Positions 9,382 through 17,639 of a DNA stretch of 64,000 bases are shown one piece after another; the first letter of the stretch is position 1, and each line of letters opens with the position of its first letter. The stretch comes from a virus (taxonomy: Duplodnaviria > Caudoviricetes). The stretch covers positions 1 to 64,000 of the IMG/VR virus record IMGVR_UViG_3300020047_016550; one strand, 5' to 3'. A program made the position numbers and the translations under genes. The notes under the pieces are model-generated. The model had not been told where the DNA came from and searched no databases. It saw only the letters and a program-made list of their open reading frames with translations.

Positions 9382-9771
9382 TTATTTTTTGATTTTTAAA
9401 ATAAAAAAATTATCAATAATAATACCTTCATGAAAATATTGTTCTAAAATAACATCAACATTAAATAACTCTTTTATATCCAATATTTTTTTTTCTGGAT
9501 ACTTTGTTACAAAAAGTATATTTTTCCCATCTTTAATATCTATAATCTTCTCAGAAAGATTGTCTATATATTTTTTGTGAGAAACCAAAGCCCATTTTAA
9601 AAACTTTATTTTATAACTCCCCGTTTCAATTACTACAACCATCGTAATATCAAAAAAATCAATAAAACTACCGCCAAGCTTTAATCTGTTTTTTGGACTT
9701 TTAAAATTAGCACAATAAAACAAATAATAAAAACCGGGAACCAACACAAAACCTTCATTAATCTTTTTCAT
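9382..9771 (-). CDS. Hypothetical, very AT-rich, probably acquired
   Basis: 129-aa ORF with composition unlike its neighbours, upstream of the attC-like site. Confidence 0.55.
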   Translation of the reverse strand: MKKINEGFVLVPGFYYLFYCANFKSPKNRLKLGGSFIDFFDITMVVVIETGSYKIKFLKWALVSHKKYIDNLSEKIIDIKDGKNILFVTKYPEKKILDIKELFNVDVILEQYFHEGIIIDNFFILKIKK

Positions 9772-9898
9772 ATAAACTTTATATCAATAAAAAATGCCGC
9801 GAAATAAAGCTTAAGACACATCAAAAACACATAAACCATACAACCATCCAATCAATAACCCAATGCCCCACAAAACCCTTAATCCCGGCTTACAGCCA

Positions 9899-9930
9899 CA
9901 AATATAAATAACGTTGTACAAATATGCAAC
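9899..9930 (-). promoter_or_regulatory. Leftward sigma-A-type promoter with the same palindrome
   Basis: Minus strand GTTGCATATTTGTACAAC-gttatt-TATATTTG, spacer 20 nt. Confidence 0.65.
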
Positions 9931-10200
9931 AATACTTTCCTTTTTTTGCAGTGAAAGACGGGGCGGTAGGGGTCTTTTCCGAAAAATCTTTTTGCCCGAC
10001 GGTAGGGGGGGCTATGTTTCATTCGCCGGCCTTTTAAAAGATAATCACTTTTTTAAAAAGGATTTTACTTGAGGAAGCACTGGGGAAATGACGGCCGAAA
10101 ATCGCTTCGCTCTTTTCGTGCCGTCAACTTATGTGTGTATGCGGGTAAAAAATCGCTTTGCTCTTTTTTATTCGTGTGTGTGCCCGGCTGAGTGAATGTT

Positions 10201-10208
10201 TATCTTTG
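10201..10208 (+). promoter_or_regulatory. Candidate rightward -7 box
   Basis: TATCTTTG matches TAnnTTTG. The -33 match is weak. A hairpin/U-tract follows at 10219-10245. Confidence 0.4.
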
Positions 10209-10293
10209 TGATGTAATGGCCCTGCGGGCTTTTATCTTTTTTTGGCTTTGAATATAAGCCCGAATCAGATGGTTATCTGGTTAATTAATTAAG

Positions 10294-10507
10294 CACTCCT
10301 GGCTTAGTTAATATGTCACACATGGAGTTAGAAAGGGTCGAACCTTTCTGTAAAAATAGTAGGGTGTAGTAACGCACCTAAAAATGATCAGAGGTTGTGA
10401 CCCTTAAGGTCATTCACGTAAATTCTCTTTATCACGACGATAAAGAAGATCTACGTTATTACGGAGGGTAGGCCGTGATATAATAAAAGGCCTCGCGGCC
10501 TTTTATT
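10294..10507 (+). ncRNA. Candidate structured RNA of tandem hairpins
   Basis: Consecutive stems: agaaagg/cctttct, ggtg/cacc, aatgatc/ggtcatt, tctttatc/gataaaga, ttattacgg/ccgtgataa, aataaaaggcc/ggccttttatt. No family recognised. Confidence 0.35.
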
Positions 10508-10521
10508 TTTGTTTAAACATT

Positions 10522-10611
10522 ATGGCAGCATTTACCGTAGTCACCAGGGAGAAGTGTAAACACTTCTACGTTGCAACTGAACACGGGATCAGGTGTGTTC
10601 ATTGCGAATAA
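10522..10611 (+). CDS. 29-aa Cys/His micro-protein
   Basis: MAAFTVVTREKCKHFYVATEHGIRCVHCE*, preceded by the standard hairpin-TTTT-TTAAACATT-ATG cassette. Confidence 0.55.
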   Translation: MAAFTVVTREKCKHFYVATEHGIRCVHCE

Positions 10612-10739
10612 TGATGAAGGCCCGCATTCGCGGGTTTTTATCTTTTTTGGGCATGTATCCCGTACGTGCCGGGTTAAGGGTTAAAACCTCCACGATTCCT
10701 CCCGGAGTCGTGGGGGATTTTTGTTTTGTTGAAAACGTC

Positions 10740-10865
10740 ATGAAGAAACTCATTTTCATTATTTGCACGGGCATGATAATATCACTTCTGTTGATATCAT
10801 GCGGAACAAGCTATAAAAGCACGTCAACCCCTTACAGGGGAGAATACCGATGTGTAAGCAGATAA
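10740..10865 (+). CDS. 41-aa mini-lipoprotein
   Basis: MKKLIFIICTGMIISLLLIS-CGTSYKSTSTPYRGEYRCVSR*: basic N-terminus, hydrophobic core and lipobox Cys. Confidence 0.6.
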   Translation: MKKLIFIICTGMIISLLLISCGTSYKSTSTPYRGEYRCVSR

Positions 10866-10899
10866 AGGCCCTACGGGCTTTTATTTTTGTTTAAACATT

Positions 10900-11103
10900 A
10901 TGAAAAAGTTATTTATGCCCGTAATGGTATCGTTTTTAATTGGGGTTATTGCTGGAAGTATTACTTCAAAAAGAAGTTCTTTCCTTGACAGTAACGGAAA
11001 TGTAATTCCGGATGAAGTGGTTGAGCTGTATAGTAAAAGCCATTTTGTGCTACTTGACAGCAGCGAGTATGAAATGATTGACCGGTATTACTGGCCGGAT
11101 TAA
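10900..11103 (+). CDS. Small membrane-anchored protein
   Basis: 67 aa with an N-terminal hydrophobic helix. Cassette upstream. Confidence 0.6.
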   Translation: MKKLFMPVMVSFLIGVIAGSITSKRSSFLDSNGNVIPDEVVELYSKSHFVLLDSSEYEMIDRYYWPD

Positions 11104-11141
11104 GTAAGGGCCCTACGGGCTTTTATTTTTGCTTAAACATC

Positions 11142-11315
11142 ATGAAAGAAAAATTACTCGGACAAATCCCGAAAGCTTTTTTTGCCTTAATCTTTTTGGT
11201 TCTGGCAATAATCCTGTTCTCAACGGGAAGCGGAACATTGGCCGCATTGGGAATAGTATCGGCAATTATCGGTATAGTAACCGTACAGCGTATTCTAATT
11301 GAACTTTTTGAGTGA
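11142..11315 (+). CDS. 57-aa two-TM membrane protein
   Basis: Not in the track. MKEKLLGQIPKAFFALIFLVLAIILFSTGSGTLAALGIVSAIIGIVTVQRILIELFE*, cassette upstream. Confidence 0.6.
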   Translation: MKEKLLGQIPKAFFALIFLVLAIILFSTGSGTLAALGIVSAIIGIVTVQRILIELFE

Positions 11316-11409
11316 TGCAAATGTCGCTTCGCTCCATTTACCGTTAATCAGGAACATTACGATAAGGCCCCACATGCATGGGGTTTTATTTTTATTAAAA
11401 CACATAATA

Positions 11410-11688
11410 ATGAAAAACGTAAAACACACAATCATGAAAAACTTAAAAGATTTATCGTTAACGGAAGAAAAAGTAATTGTTGATAAAAAATTCATCAGCT
11501 ACTTTCTAGAAGATCGTGTAAAAGCAGATGTAAACGATCATGCAAGACTTCTTGCTTCCTTTTTAGAAACTAATTACTTTAAAGACAGAAAAGAATTGAC
11601 TGATTTTCTGGAAAAAGAAACTTATATGCTTCTTCTTTCTGACAAACTTGAAGATTACGAAAAAGAAATCAGCCAATTTAATGTCTAA
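11410..11688 (+). CDS. Hypothetical protein
   Basis: Start after the hairpin at 11364-11390. Alternative ATG at 11434. Confidence 0.55.
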   Translation: MKNVKHTIMKNLKDLSLTEEKVIVDKKFISYFLEDRVKADVNDHARLLASFLETNYFKDRKELTDFLEKETYMLLLSDKLEDYEKEISQFNV

Positions 11689-11743
11689 AAATAATAACCC
11701 CTACGTGGGGTTTTATTTCTTTCAAACTTTAATATTTATTTGC

Positions 11744-12286
11744 ATGAAAGTAACAGCAAAAAAATCGTCAATGGGCCTTTTGGCCAAAGGATTCCACGTA
11801 GGAACAATTAAGTCAATCGTAGAAACTACGATTGCAAGCGCAGATCTTAAGGAAGGCGCTTATGCGGATGAAACTCCGCAGCTCGAGATTACCCTGGGCG
11901 TGGGTAACCAAACCACAAAGGCATGGATCATGCTGAAAGGTTATCGCAAGTTTGAAGAGTTCGTAAAAGAACTCACGCCCAAACAAGCCGCAAAATACCG
12001 TCCAGGCGGTTCTTCGGGTTATGCAGTTTTGATTGCAACCAACACCCGTGTTGAGGACGAAGCCCTCACGGAAAAGTGCATGGAGATTGTAAGCAATTTT
12101 GCCGCAAACGCCGGTGCCAAAGACGATGAAGAAATCGAGATCCAGGATCTCGTAGGTTCTGAAATCGGCTTTAAAATCGGTGAGGGCAACAAAGGCCAGA
12201 ACCGTGTAGTCGGTTTCTACGACAAAGCTTATGCTGCTTCCCAAATGGAAAAAGCTGAAGAAGCTGCCGAAGATTTGGAAGATTAA
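11744..12286 (+). CDS. SSB/DUF669-like protein, paralog A
   Basis: MKVTAKK start, beta-rich, acidic tail EEAAEDLED, followed by a strong terminator. Aligns by eye with 12565..13008. Fold call is inference. Confidence 0.5.
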   Translation: MKVTAKKSSMGLLAKGFHVGTIKSIVETTIASADLKEGAYADETPQLEITLGVGNQTTKAWIMLKGYRKFEEFVKELTPKQAAKYRPGGSSGYAVLIATNTRVEDEALTEKCMEIVSNFAANAGAKDDEEIEIQDLVGSEIGFKIGEGNKGQNRVVGFYDKAYAASQMEKAEEAAEDLED

Positions 12287-12287
12287 G

Positions 12288-12315
12288 GAAAAAGCCCTTC
12301 GGGGCTTTTCCTTTT
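12288..12315 (+). terminator. Intrinsic terminator
   Basis: aaaagccc-ttcg-gggcttttcctttt with a cUUCGg loop. Confidence 0.8.
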
Positions 12316-12342
12316 GTGAAGCCGGGCTTACGCAGATACCCG

Positions 12343-12415
12343 GTATAAGCCGTTGACACATCCAAGTATAAGCCGTTGACACATCCAAGTATAAGCCGTT
12401 GACACATCCAAGTAT
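12343..12415. repeat. Perfect tandem repeat, 3 x 23 bp plus 4 bp
   Basis: Unit GTATAAGCCGTTGACACATCCAA at 12343, 12366 and 12389, with no spacers. Confidence 0.95.
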
Positions 12416-12564
12416 GGGCCGCTGACGCGCCTGGCTCCGCGCCAAACGTTCCCGCCACGTCCGGCGTTTTATTCCGTTTCCCGCCGTTTCCGTTTTATTA
12501 TTCCGGAACGGCCCCCGGAAAAACAAAAAGAAAAATCCCGTTTTACGGGGATAATTCTTATTCA

Positions 12565-13008
12565 TCAATACCTTTTAAAGTATTTGACGAAATACTTACC
12601 GTTTGGCGTGTGTTCTATGTTCAGGATTATTTTCCTTCCCACCAGTTCCCCCATTTCAACATCGGCACCGTCCGGGAACCCTGCACATGCAATCATGTCG
12701 GATATACGGTCCGTACATTCTTTTGTCCTTCCCGGATCAACCAGTCTTACCCCGTTTTCGTCAACGGCATACTCACCGGCCTTCCTTAATCCGGTTTTAT
12801 CCTTTAAACCCTCATATCTGGCATACCCGGTCACCGGCATCCAGTCAACCATCTTTTTGCCGTTTTCAATATCATACGACATTTCAAGCTGGGGCGTCGG
12901 GTCACTCCACAGCACTCCAGGCTTATTTACCAGAATCACTCCCGTTATGATTGCACCATACTCCCCCGGAGCAAATTCCGGGACTCTTTTTTTTACTGAA
13001 ATCTTCAT
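12565..13008 (-). CDS. SSB/DUF669-like protein, paralog B
   Basis: MKISVKK start. Shares DxTPQLE, W..xGY, YAV, C..xS..AxAG and LVGxxI with 11744..12286. Confidence 0.5.
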   Translation of the reverse strand: MKISVKKRVPEFAPGEYGAIITGVILVNKPGVLWSDPTPQLEMSYDIENGKKMVDWMPVTGYARYEGLKDKTGLRKAGEYAVDENGVRLVDPGRTKECTDRISDMIACAGFPDGADVEMGELVGRKIILNIEHTPNGKYFVKYFKRY

Positions 13009-13266
13009 GTCCAAAATTTGAAAAAAGCAAAAAATCAACGGCTATAAACACACTTTTTAAAGCCTCTCCCGAATCCTTTTTTTTCAAAGGCATACGGCAT
13101 CAGATTACGGTTAGAAAGTTGAACGGTGCTTTTCTTAGCCCGTTTTTCCGGGTATTTTGTAATAAATGTGGGATATTGTTTAATTTGATCCGGATTTTTT
13201 TTTGGTATGTTTTTGAAATGGGTTTTGAGTTGTGTTGATATTTTTTAGTTAAAAAAAGCTAAAATA

Positions 13267-13299
13267 TTTGGCATTAGTCAAAAAAACCGGCTAACTTCG
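13267..13299 (+). promoter_or_regulatory. Candidate rightward early promoter
   Basis: TTTG-N21-TAACTTCG, one mismatch to TAnnTTTG. Confidence 0.45.
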
Positions 13300-13568
13300 G
13301 CCTAACCAAAAGGGATAAGCGAAATAAGAACGGGGGATTGGATGTGTGGTTAAGCATTGATAAATGTGGGGAAAACGAAAGCCATACGGATGTTTATTTG
13401 GGGTTATGTGTTTGGGGTAATCATTTTAGAAGCCGTATTTAGTGGGGGAATTAACCAAACCTAAGAATAAAAGTAAGAACGGGTTTGGCTATTTCGTGAA
13501 TTATTTGGATGCCTAAGGGTAAGAAGGGTGGGGTGTGTCCTTTCGTGGAAAGGGTGTATTATATATAA

Positions 13569-13606
13569 CGCGCGTGTGTGCGGGCGCGTGTGCGCGTGTG
13601 TGTGCG
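13569..13606. repeat. Alternating purine-pyrimidine (CG/TG) tract
   Basis: cgcgcgtgtgtgcgggcgcgtgtgcgcgtgtgtgtgcg. Confidence 0.85.
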
Positions 13607-13659
13607 GGGATTTTGCGTGGGGTTTTATTTTTTGGTATAACTTAAAACAGATAAAAAGT

Positions 13660-14088
13660 ATGGAAAAGAAAAAATTGGTACCGGTTGGTACTACGGTTTA
13701 TTACTGGCAGATTCCGTGTGCGGGTGTGGTGTCGGAACATCTGGGTAATGAGGATTATCCTTTGGAGGTTGAATTTGGAGATGAACGGTTTTCTGTAACG
13801 CCGGAAGGAAAAGTTAATAAATGCGATTACGGTCCTTCAATATCGTTGACTTCTTACGATTTGGTTAACGGCGGATTTACTCCGTTATCCGAATGGGATA
13901 AACCGAAACTTGGTGATCACGGATTTTTCTGGGGAATAAAAGAAGACCTTTATGAGCTCCAGTTCGGAGTGATCACGGAAATAGACGAAGAAGGGTTTTT
14001 CCAGAGAAATAAGGGCACCTATTACTGCAACTTCTCCCGTGATATTCCCGAATGGTTTGAAAGGCTGGTTAAAGAAACAAAACAATAA
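13660..14088 (+). CDS. Hypothetical protein
   Basis: Start MEKKKLVPVG after an A-rich leader. The GTG start in the track lies in the non-coding leader. Confidence 0.65.
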   Translation: MEKKKLVPVGTTVYYWQIPCAGVVSEHLGNEDYPLEVEFGDERFSVTPEGKVNKCDYGPSISLTSYDLVNGGFTPLSEWDKPKLGDHGFFWGIKEDLYELQFGVITEIDEEGFFQRNKGTYYCNFSRDIPEWFERLVKETKQ

Positions 14089-14098
14089 AAAAGCAATC

Positions 14099-14743
14099 AT
14101 GAAAAGAATTATTTTAAACAACCAAACCATTGTTCTTTACGACGAAATAACCGAAGGGAGCATTGTGGGTTTTGTCGATTCGGGAGGCATAAGGGGATTT
14201 ATAATGCCCGCTTTTGAGGAACTGACAAAACAAAACGGTTACAAAGCTTTCAGCGAAAGACTGTTTTTTGGCCATGACAATGCCGGCGTTTTTGCCTGGA
14301 AAACAATGAAATTTTCAACAAACATCCAACAGGTGCTGTTTCAGATAGACACTGCCGAAATTTATGTTTTTAAAAATTCGCGTCATCTTTTTTCCTGGAT
14401 GTCGGATAGAATATTGCATATCGGTACAAAAAAAGTCACCGTGTCCGATAATTTTGTTTTAGTCAAAAACATAGAAGATTCAGACATTGTGGGAGTAATT
14501 AACGCTAAAGGCAGAAAAGGTGTGTACAGGCATGTTTTCAGCAATGAAGACAATATTGAACATTACAGGGCGATATTTTTTGCCAATAAAGACGAATACG
14601 ATGTTGAAACGGAAGAATTAATCGGAAAAAAAACCTATGAAAGCATCAGGACCGCATTGATAAATAATGAGGACGACATAAAAGAAGCTTATCTTTTTAA
14701 AACGGACCATGAATTAATCAAATGGCTGTCCAAGGATATCTAA
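14099..14743 (+). CDS. Hypothetical protein, two similar halves
   Basis: IVGF...AYVFKNSRHLFSW and IVGV...AYLFKTDHELIKW suggest an internal duplication. Confidence 0.65.
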   Translation: MKRIILNNQTIVLYDEITEGSIVGFVDSGGIRGFIMPAFEELTKQNGYKAFSERLFFGHDNAGVFAWKTMKFSTNIQQVLFQIDTAEIYVFKNSRHLFSWMSDRILHIGTKKVTVSDNFVLVKNIEDSDIVGVINAKGRKGVYRHVFSNEDNIEHYRAIFFANKDEYDVETEELIGKKTYESIRTALINNEDDIKEAYLFKTDHELIKWLSKDI

Positions 14744-14794
14744 AAATAAAAACCGTTGCTCCGGCGCGGTTTTTTTTTATTTATTAAAACAATC

Positions 14795-15721
14795 ATGGAA
14801 AAACAGGAACAAAAAATTAAAGGTCACATAAGAATGACCGATGAAGAAATGACTCTTGAAACGGGAGAAAAGCTGTTCAGGATAGAACTGGCCGTTGACT
14901 GTAGATGGGGAAAAGCCGGCGAAAAAGGCGGATGGATCCAAAGTTTGGATAATATATCAGATGATGCATGGGTTTCCGATAATGCAAAAGTTTATGGTAA
15001 TGCACGGATTTCTAATGAGGCATGGGTTTTCCGTAATGCAAAAGTTTGTGATAATGCACACGTTTACGGCAATTCATGCATTTACGATAATGCACACGTT
15101 TACGACAATGCGCACATTTACGGTAATGCACGGATTTCAGATAATGCACAAATTTTCGGTGATTCAAGAGTTTGGGCCAATGGAAAGGTTTTCGGTAATG
15201 CACGGGTTTACGGTAAAGCATGGGTTTACGGTAATTCACATGTTTTCGGTAAAACAGAAGTTTACGGTAATGCACGGGTTTGCGGTAAAGCAGAAGTTTA
15301 CGGTAATGCACGGGTTTACGGTGATTCACCAGTTTTCGGTAATTCACATGTTTTCGGTAGTGCACGGGTTTACGGTAAAGCATGGGTTTACGATAATGCA
15401 CGGGTTTACGGTAATTCACATGTTTTCGGTAAAGCAGAAGTTTACGGTAATGCACGGGTTTGCGGTAATGCACGAATTTTCGGTAAAGCATGGATTTACG
15501 CCGATAAATGGTCTAAATCACCTTTACAGATACAGGGAACAAAGGACTTTGTATGCAATTGTGCAAAAAACCGTTTATGCATAGGTTGTAAAGATAAAAC
15601 ATTTGAAGAATGGCTTGAATCTTACGAAAAAATAGGAATAGAAAATGATTACTCCGAAAGTGAAATTCAAGAATACAAATCTTACATTGACCTGGCAATC
15701 CGTTTATACGGCCAAAAATAA
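14795..15721 (+). CDS. Hexapeptide-repeat (left-handed beta-helix) protein
   Basis: Long run of (V/I)(Y/F)G(N/K)A(R/H/E/W) hexads encoded by 18-bp units, with GEKGGWIQ N-cap and IGCKDKTFEEW C-terminal motif. Confidence 0.85.
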   Translation: MEKQEQKIKGHIRMTDEEMTLETGEKLFRIELAVDCRWGKAGEKGGWIQSLDNISDDAWVSDNAKVYGNARISNEAWVFRNAKVCDNAHVYGNSCIYDNAHVYDNAHIYGNARISDNAQIFGDSRVWANGKVFGNARVYGKAWVYGNSHVFGKTEVYGNARVCGKAEVYGNARVYGDSPVFGNSHVFGSARVYGKAWVYDNARVYGNSHVFGKAEVYGNARVCGNARIFGKAWIYADKWSKSPLQIQGTKDFVCNCAKNRLCIGCKDKTFEEWLESYEKIGIENDYSESEIQEYKSYIDLAIRLYGQK

Positions 15722-15778
15722 GACATGAAAAAACCGGAAACGGTTTTTTCTTTTGTAAACATTTAATAATCAAAAAAC

Positions 15779-16408
15779 ATGGAGTTAAAAATTCAAATCA
15801 GGATTAAAATTGATGCTTCTGAAGAAGTAATGAAAACGGACGGTGATTTAATCATTTCCGAAGCATACCGTAATGCCGCGGCAAAAATACTGATGGAAAA
15901 ATGGGAAAGTTCGGTCGGGAAATATGCCAGAAACGGAAATACGGCAATCACTACGACCGAAATAGAGTTCACCAAGCAGAACCAGGTTAAGACGGACGGA
16001 AAAACAAATCCGGAAGACGATAAAGACAAAAAAGTAAAAGAATTGTGGGAACAGATCTTTAAATCCACTTTTCCCCTGGGCAAAGACCAACCGTACGGCA
16101 TTACTGATTTCTTGGAAAAAATCCATATTCCGGTCAAAAAAGAAAAACCTGCTTTATCTGAATCTGAAAAAGACGAATTGATTTCGGATATGCTTCAAAA
16201 AAGCATTCGGGCCGTTGTTCCGAAAAGTTTTTTAATGCTTGAGTTTGACGGTTTGGTTCCTAAAAAACCCCAGGATTTAAAAAAGAAACAGAAACTTTCT
16301 GAAATTCTTACCATGGCCCATACCGCTTTGATGATGGAAGGAAACCCGGAAGACCTGGAGACTGCCGGTAAATTACGGGAACTGATTTTTAAGTACGCAG
16401 ACCGTTAA
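15779..16408 (+). CDS. Hypothetical protein
   Basis: 209-aa ORF with cassette upstream. Confidence 0.65.
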   Translation: MELKIQIRIKIDASEEVMKTDGDLIISEAYRNAAAKILMEKWESSVGKYARNGNTAITTTEIEFTKQNQVKTDGKTNPEDDKDKKVKELWEQIFKSTFPLGKDQPYGITDFLEKIHIPVKKEKPALSESEKDELISDMLQKSIRAVVPKSFLMLEFDGLVPKKPQDLKKKQKLSEILTMAHTALMMEGNPEDLETAGKLRELIFKYADR

Positions 16409-16548
16409 ATTCTTTTTGCCGTTTCGTGTTTTGTTAAAATGGTTGTTCTTTTAGGCAAAAAGAAGTGATTTAAGAGACTTTCTTGTGTAAAACATACTTA
16501 GGTATCGTTTGAAGCAGGAAAGTCTTTTATTTTTGCTTAAAACATTTT

Positions 16549-17193
16549 ATGAGAAAAATAGAGATTTCAGTTTTCAGTTACCGTGAGCTTACGGATGAAG
16601 CAAAAGAAAAAGCAAAAGAATGGATATTCGAAAACGGGCCCATGTGCTGGGAAGATTTACGAAATACCCTGAAAGAATTCAAAAAACCGATTCCCGGTCT
16701 GGCCATTAAAACGAAATACACCAGTTATCCGGTAATGTATGTTCAAAACAATTGTTACATAGATTTCAATGACAGACTTGTAAATCTTTCTTTTTATCTG
16801 ATGACTGGACTAAGGTTTTACAAATGGCTTGTCAATAATTTTGACCGTTATCTGTACCGCGGAAAAGTTTACGGCGGTTTCATATCCGGGCATCAGGGAG
16901 TTAAGCCAAAGCACCAGAGTAAAGTTATCAGTGAAAAATATGACTGCCCCTTTACCGGAATGATTTATGATGAATTCATAACCGGTCCCATATCCGAATA
17001 CATAAGTTTTTACGGAAAAAACATACGTGAAGAATATTCTTTTGTGGATTTTATGGAATTCCTTTCAAAATCGTTTTGTCAAAAAGCGGAAGAAACAATT
17101 TCCCATGAATATTCGGATGATGAATTTTCTTCCGATTTTTGTGATGCAAACAATTTTGAATTCTACGAAGACGGAAGACATTACAACGGTTAA
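16549..17193 (+). CDS. Conserved phage hypothetical protein
   Basis: YRELTDEAKEKAKEW start, CPFTG, and ANNFEFYEDG end are typical of a widespread uncharacterised phage family. Confidence 0.65.
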   Translation: MRKIEISVFSYRELTDEAKEKAKEWIFENGPMCWEDLRNTLKEFKKPIPGLAIKTKYTSYPVMYVQNNCYIDFNDRLVNLSFYLMTGLRFYKWLVNNFDRYLYRGKVYGGFISGHQGVKPKHQSKVISEKYDCPFTGMIYDEFITGPISEYISFYGKNIREEYSFVDFMEFLSKSFCQKAEETISHEYSDDEFSSDFCDANNFEFYEDGRHYNG

Positions 17194-17248
17194 TCTTTAA
17201 AATAAAACTTCCCGCGCGGAGTTTTATTTTTTATCAAACATTACAACC

Positions 17249-17440
17249 ATGACTAATAAAGCAAAAACATTTGACCGGGCACTTCTTTACAAAATTGAAG
17301 ACTCAATTATGAAAAACTTAAATTTTTCCTCACGTACCTATCCGGAAAGAAAATTGAAAAACATTGAAGTCCGTAAACTAAAAAGCACCATCGTTAAACT
17401 TAAAAAGAAACTTCAGGATGAAAAGAAAGCAAATATTTGA
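17249..17440 (+). CDS. Small basic hypothetical protein
   Basis: 63 aa with cassette upstream. Confidence 0.55.
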   Translation: MTNKAKTFDRALLYKIEDSIMKNLNFSSRTYPERKLKNIEVRKLKSTIVKLKKKLQDEKKANI

Positions 17441-17615
17441 AATCGCCGTTTTTGTATTAGTATGCCATATTTCCATTTTTTCAGCATCAATGTCAATTTA
17501 TGAGTATTTGCAATATAAAGAAGTTGATTATCTTATTTCGGGAATAGGCTTTTACACGGTGTATTTCGTTAGCGCCTGGATTATCCGCTATTTATTAATG
17601 CAAAAACCCCGTTAA
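17418..17615 (+). CDS. Small two-TM membrane protein
   Basis: Two hydrophobic segments. Confidence 0.6.
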   Translation: MKRKQIFEIAVFVLVCHISIFSASMSIYEYLQYKEVDYLISGIGFYTVYFVSAWIIRYLLMQKPR

Positions 17616-17639
17616 GGGGTTTTTTCTTTTCTTAAAATC

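Noticed and set aside
9168-9399. Two opposing 67-aa ORFs
   Set aside because: They span the GC-rich attC-like element and a hairpin, and show no protein-like signal.
10322-10350. tRNA or tmRNA gene on the minus strand
   Set aside because: Only a T-arm/3'-end look-alike. No acceptor 5' strand, D-arm or anticodon arm was found.
12343-12415. Mini-CRISPR array
   Set aside because: Units are directly adjacent with no spacers, and no cas genes are present.
12349-12415. Sigma70 promoter from TTGACA/TATAAG in the repeat
   Set aside because: Spacing is 8 nt rather than about 17, and Bacteroidota promoters use TTTG/TAnnTTTG.
11813-12568. 251-aa and 95-aa minus-strand ORFs across the repeat
   Set aside because: Antisense to a well-formed gene and running through the terminator and repeat; likely spurious.
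14895-15584. Overlapping 229-aa (+) and 159-aa (-) repeat ORFs
   Set aside because: Shadow frames of the stop-poor 18-bp repeat.
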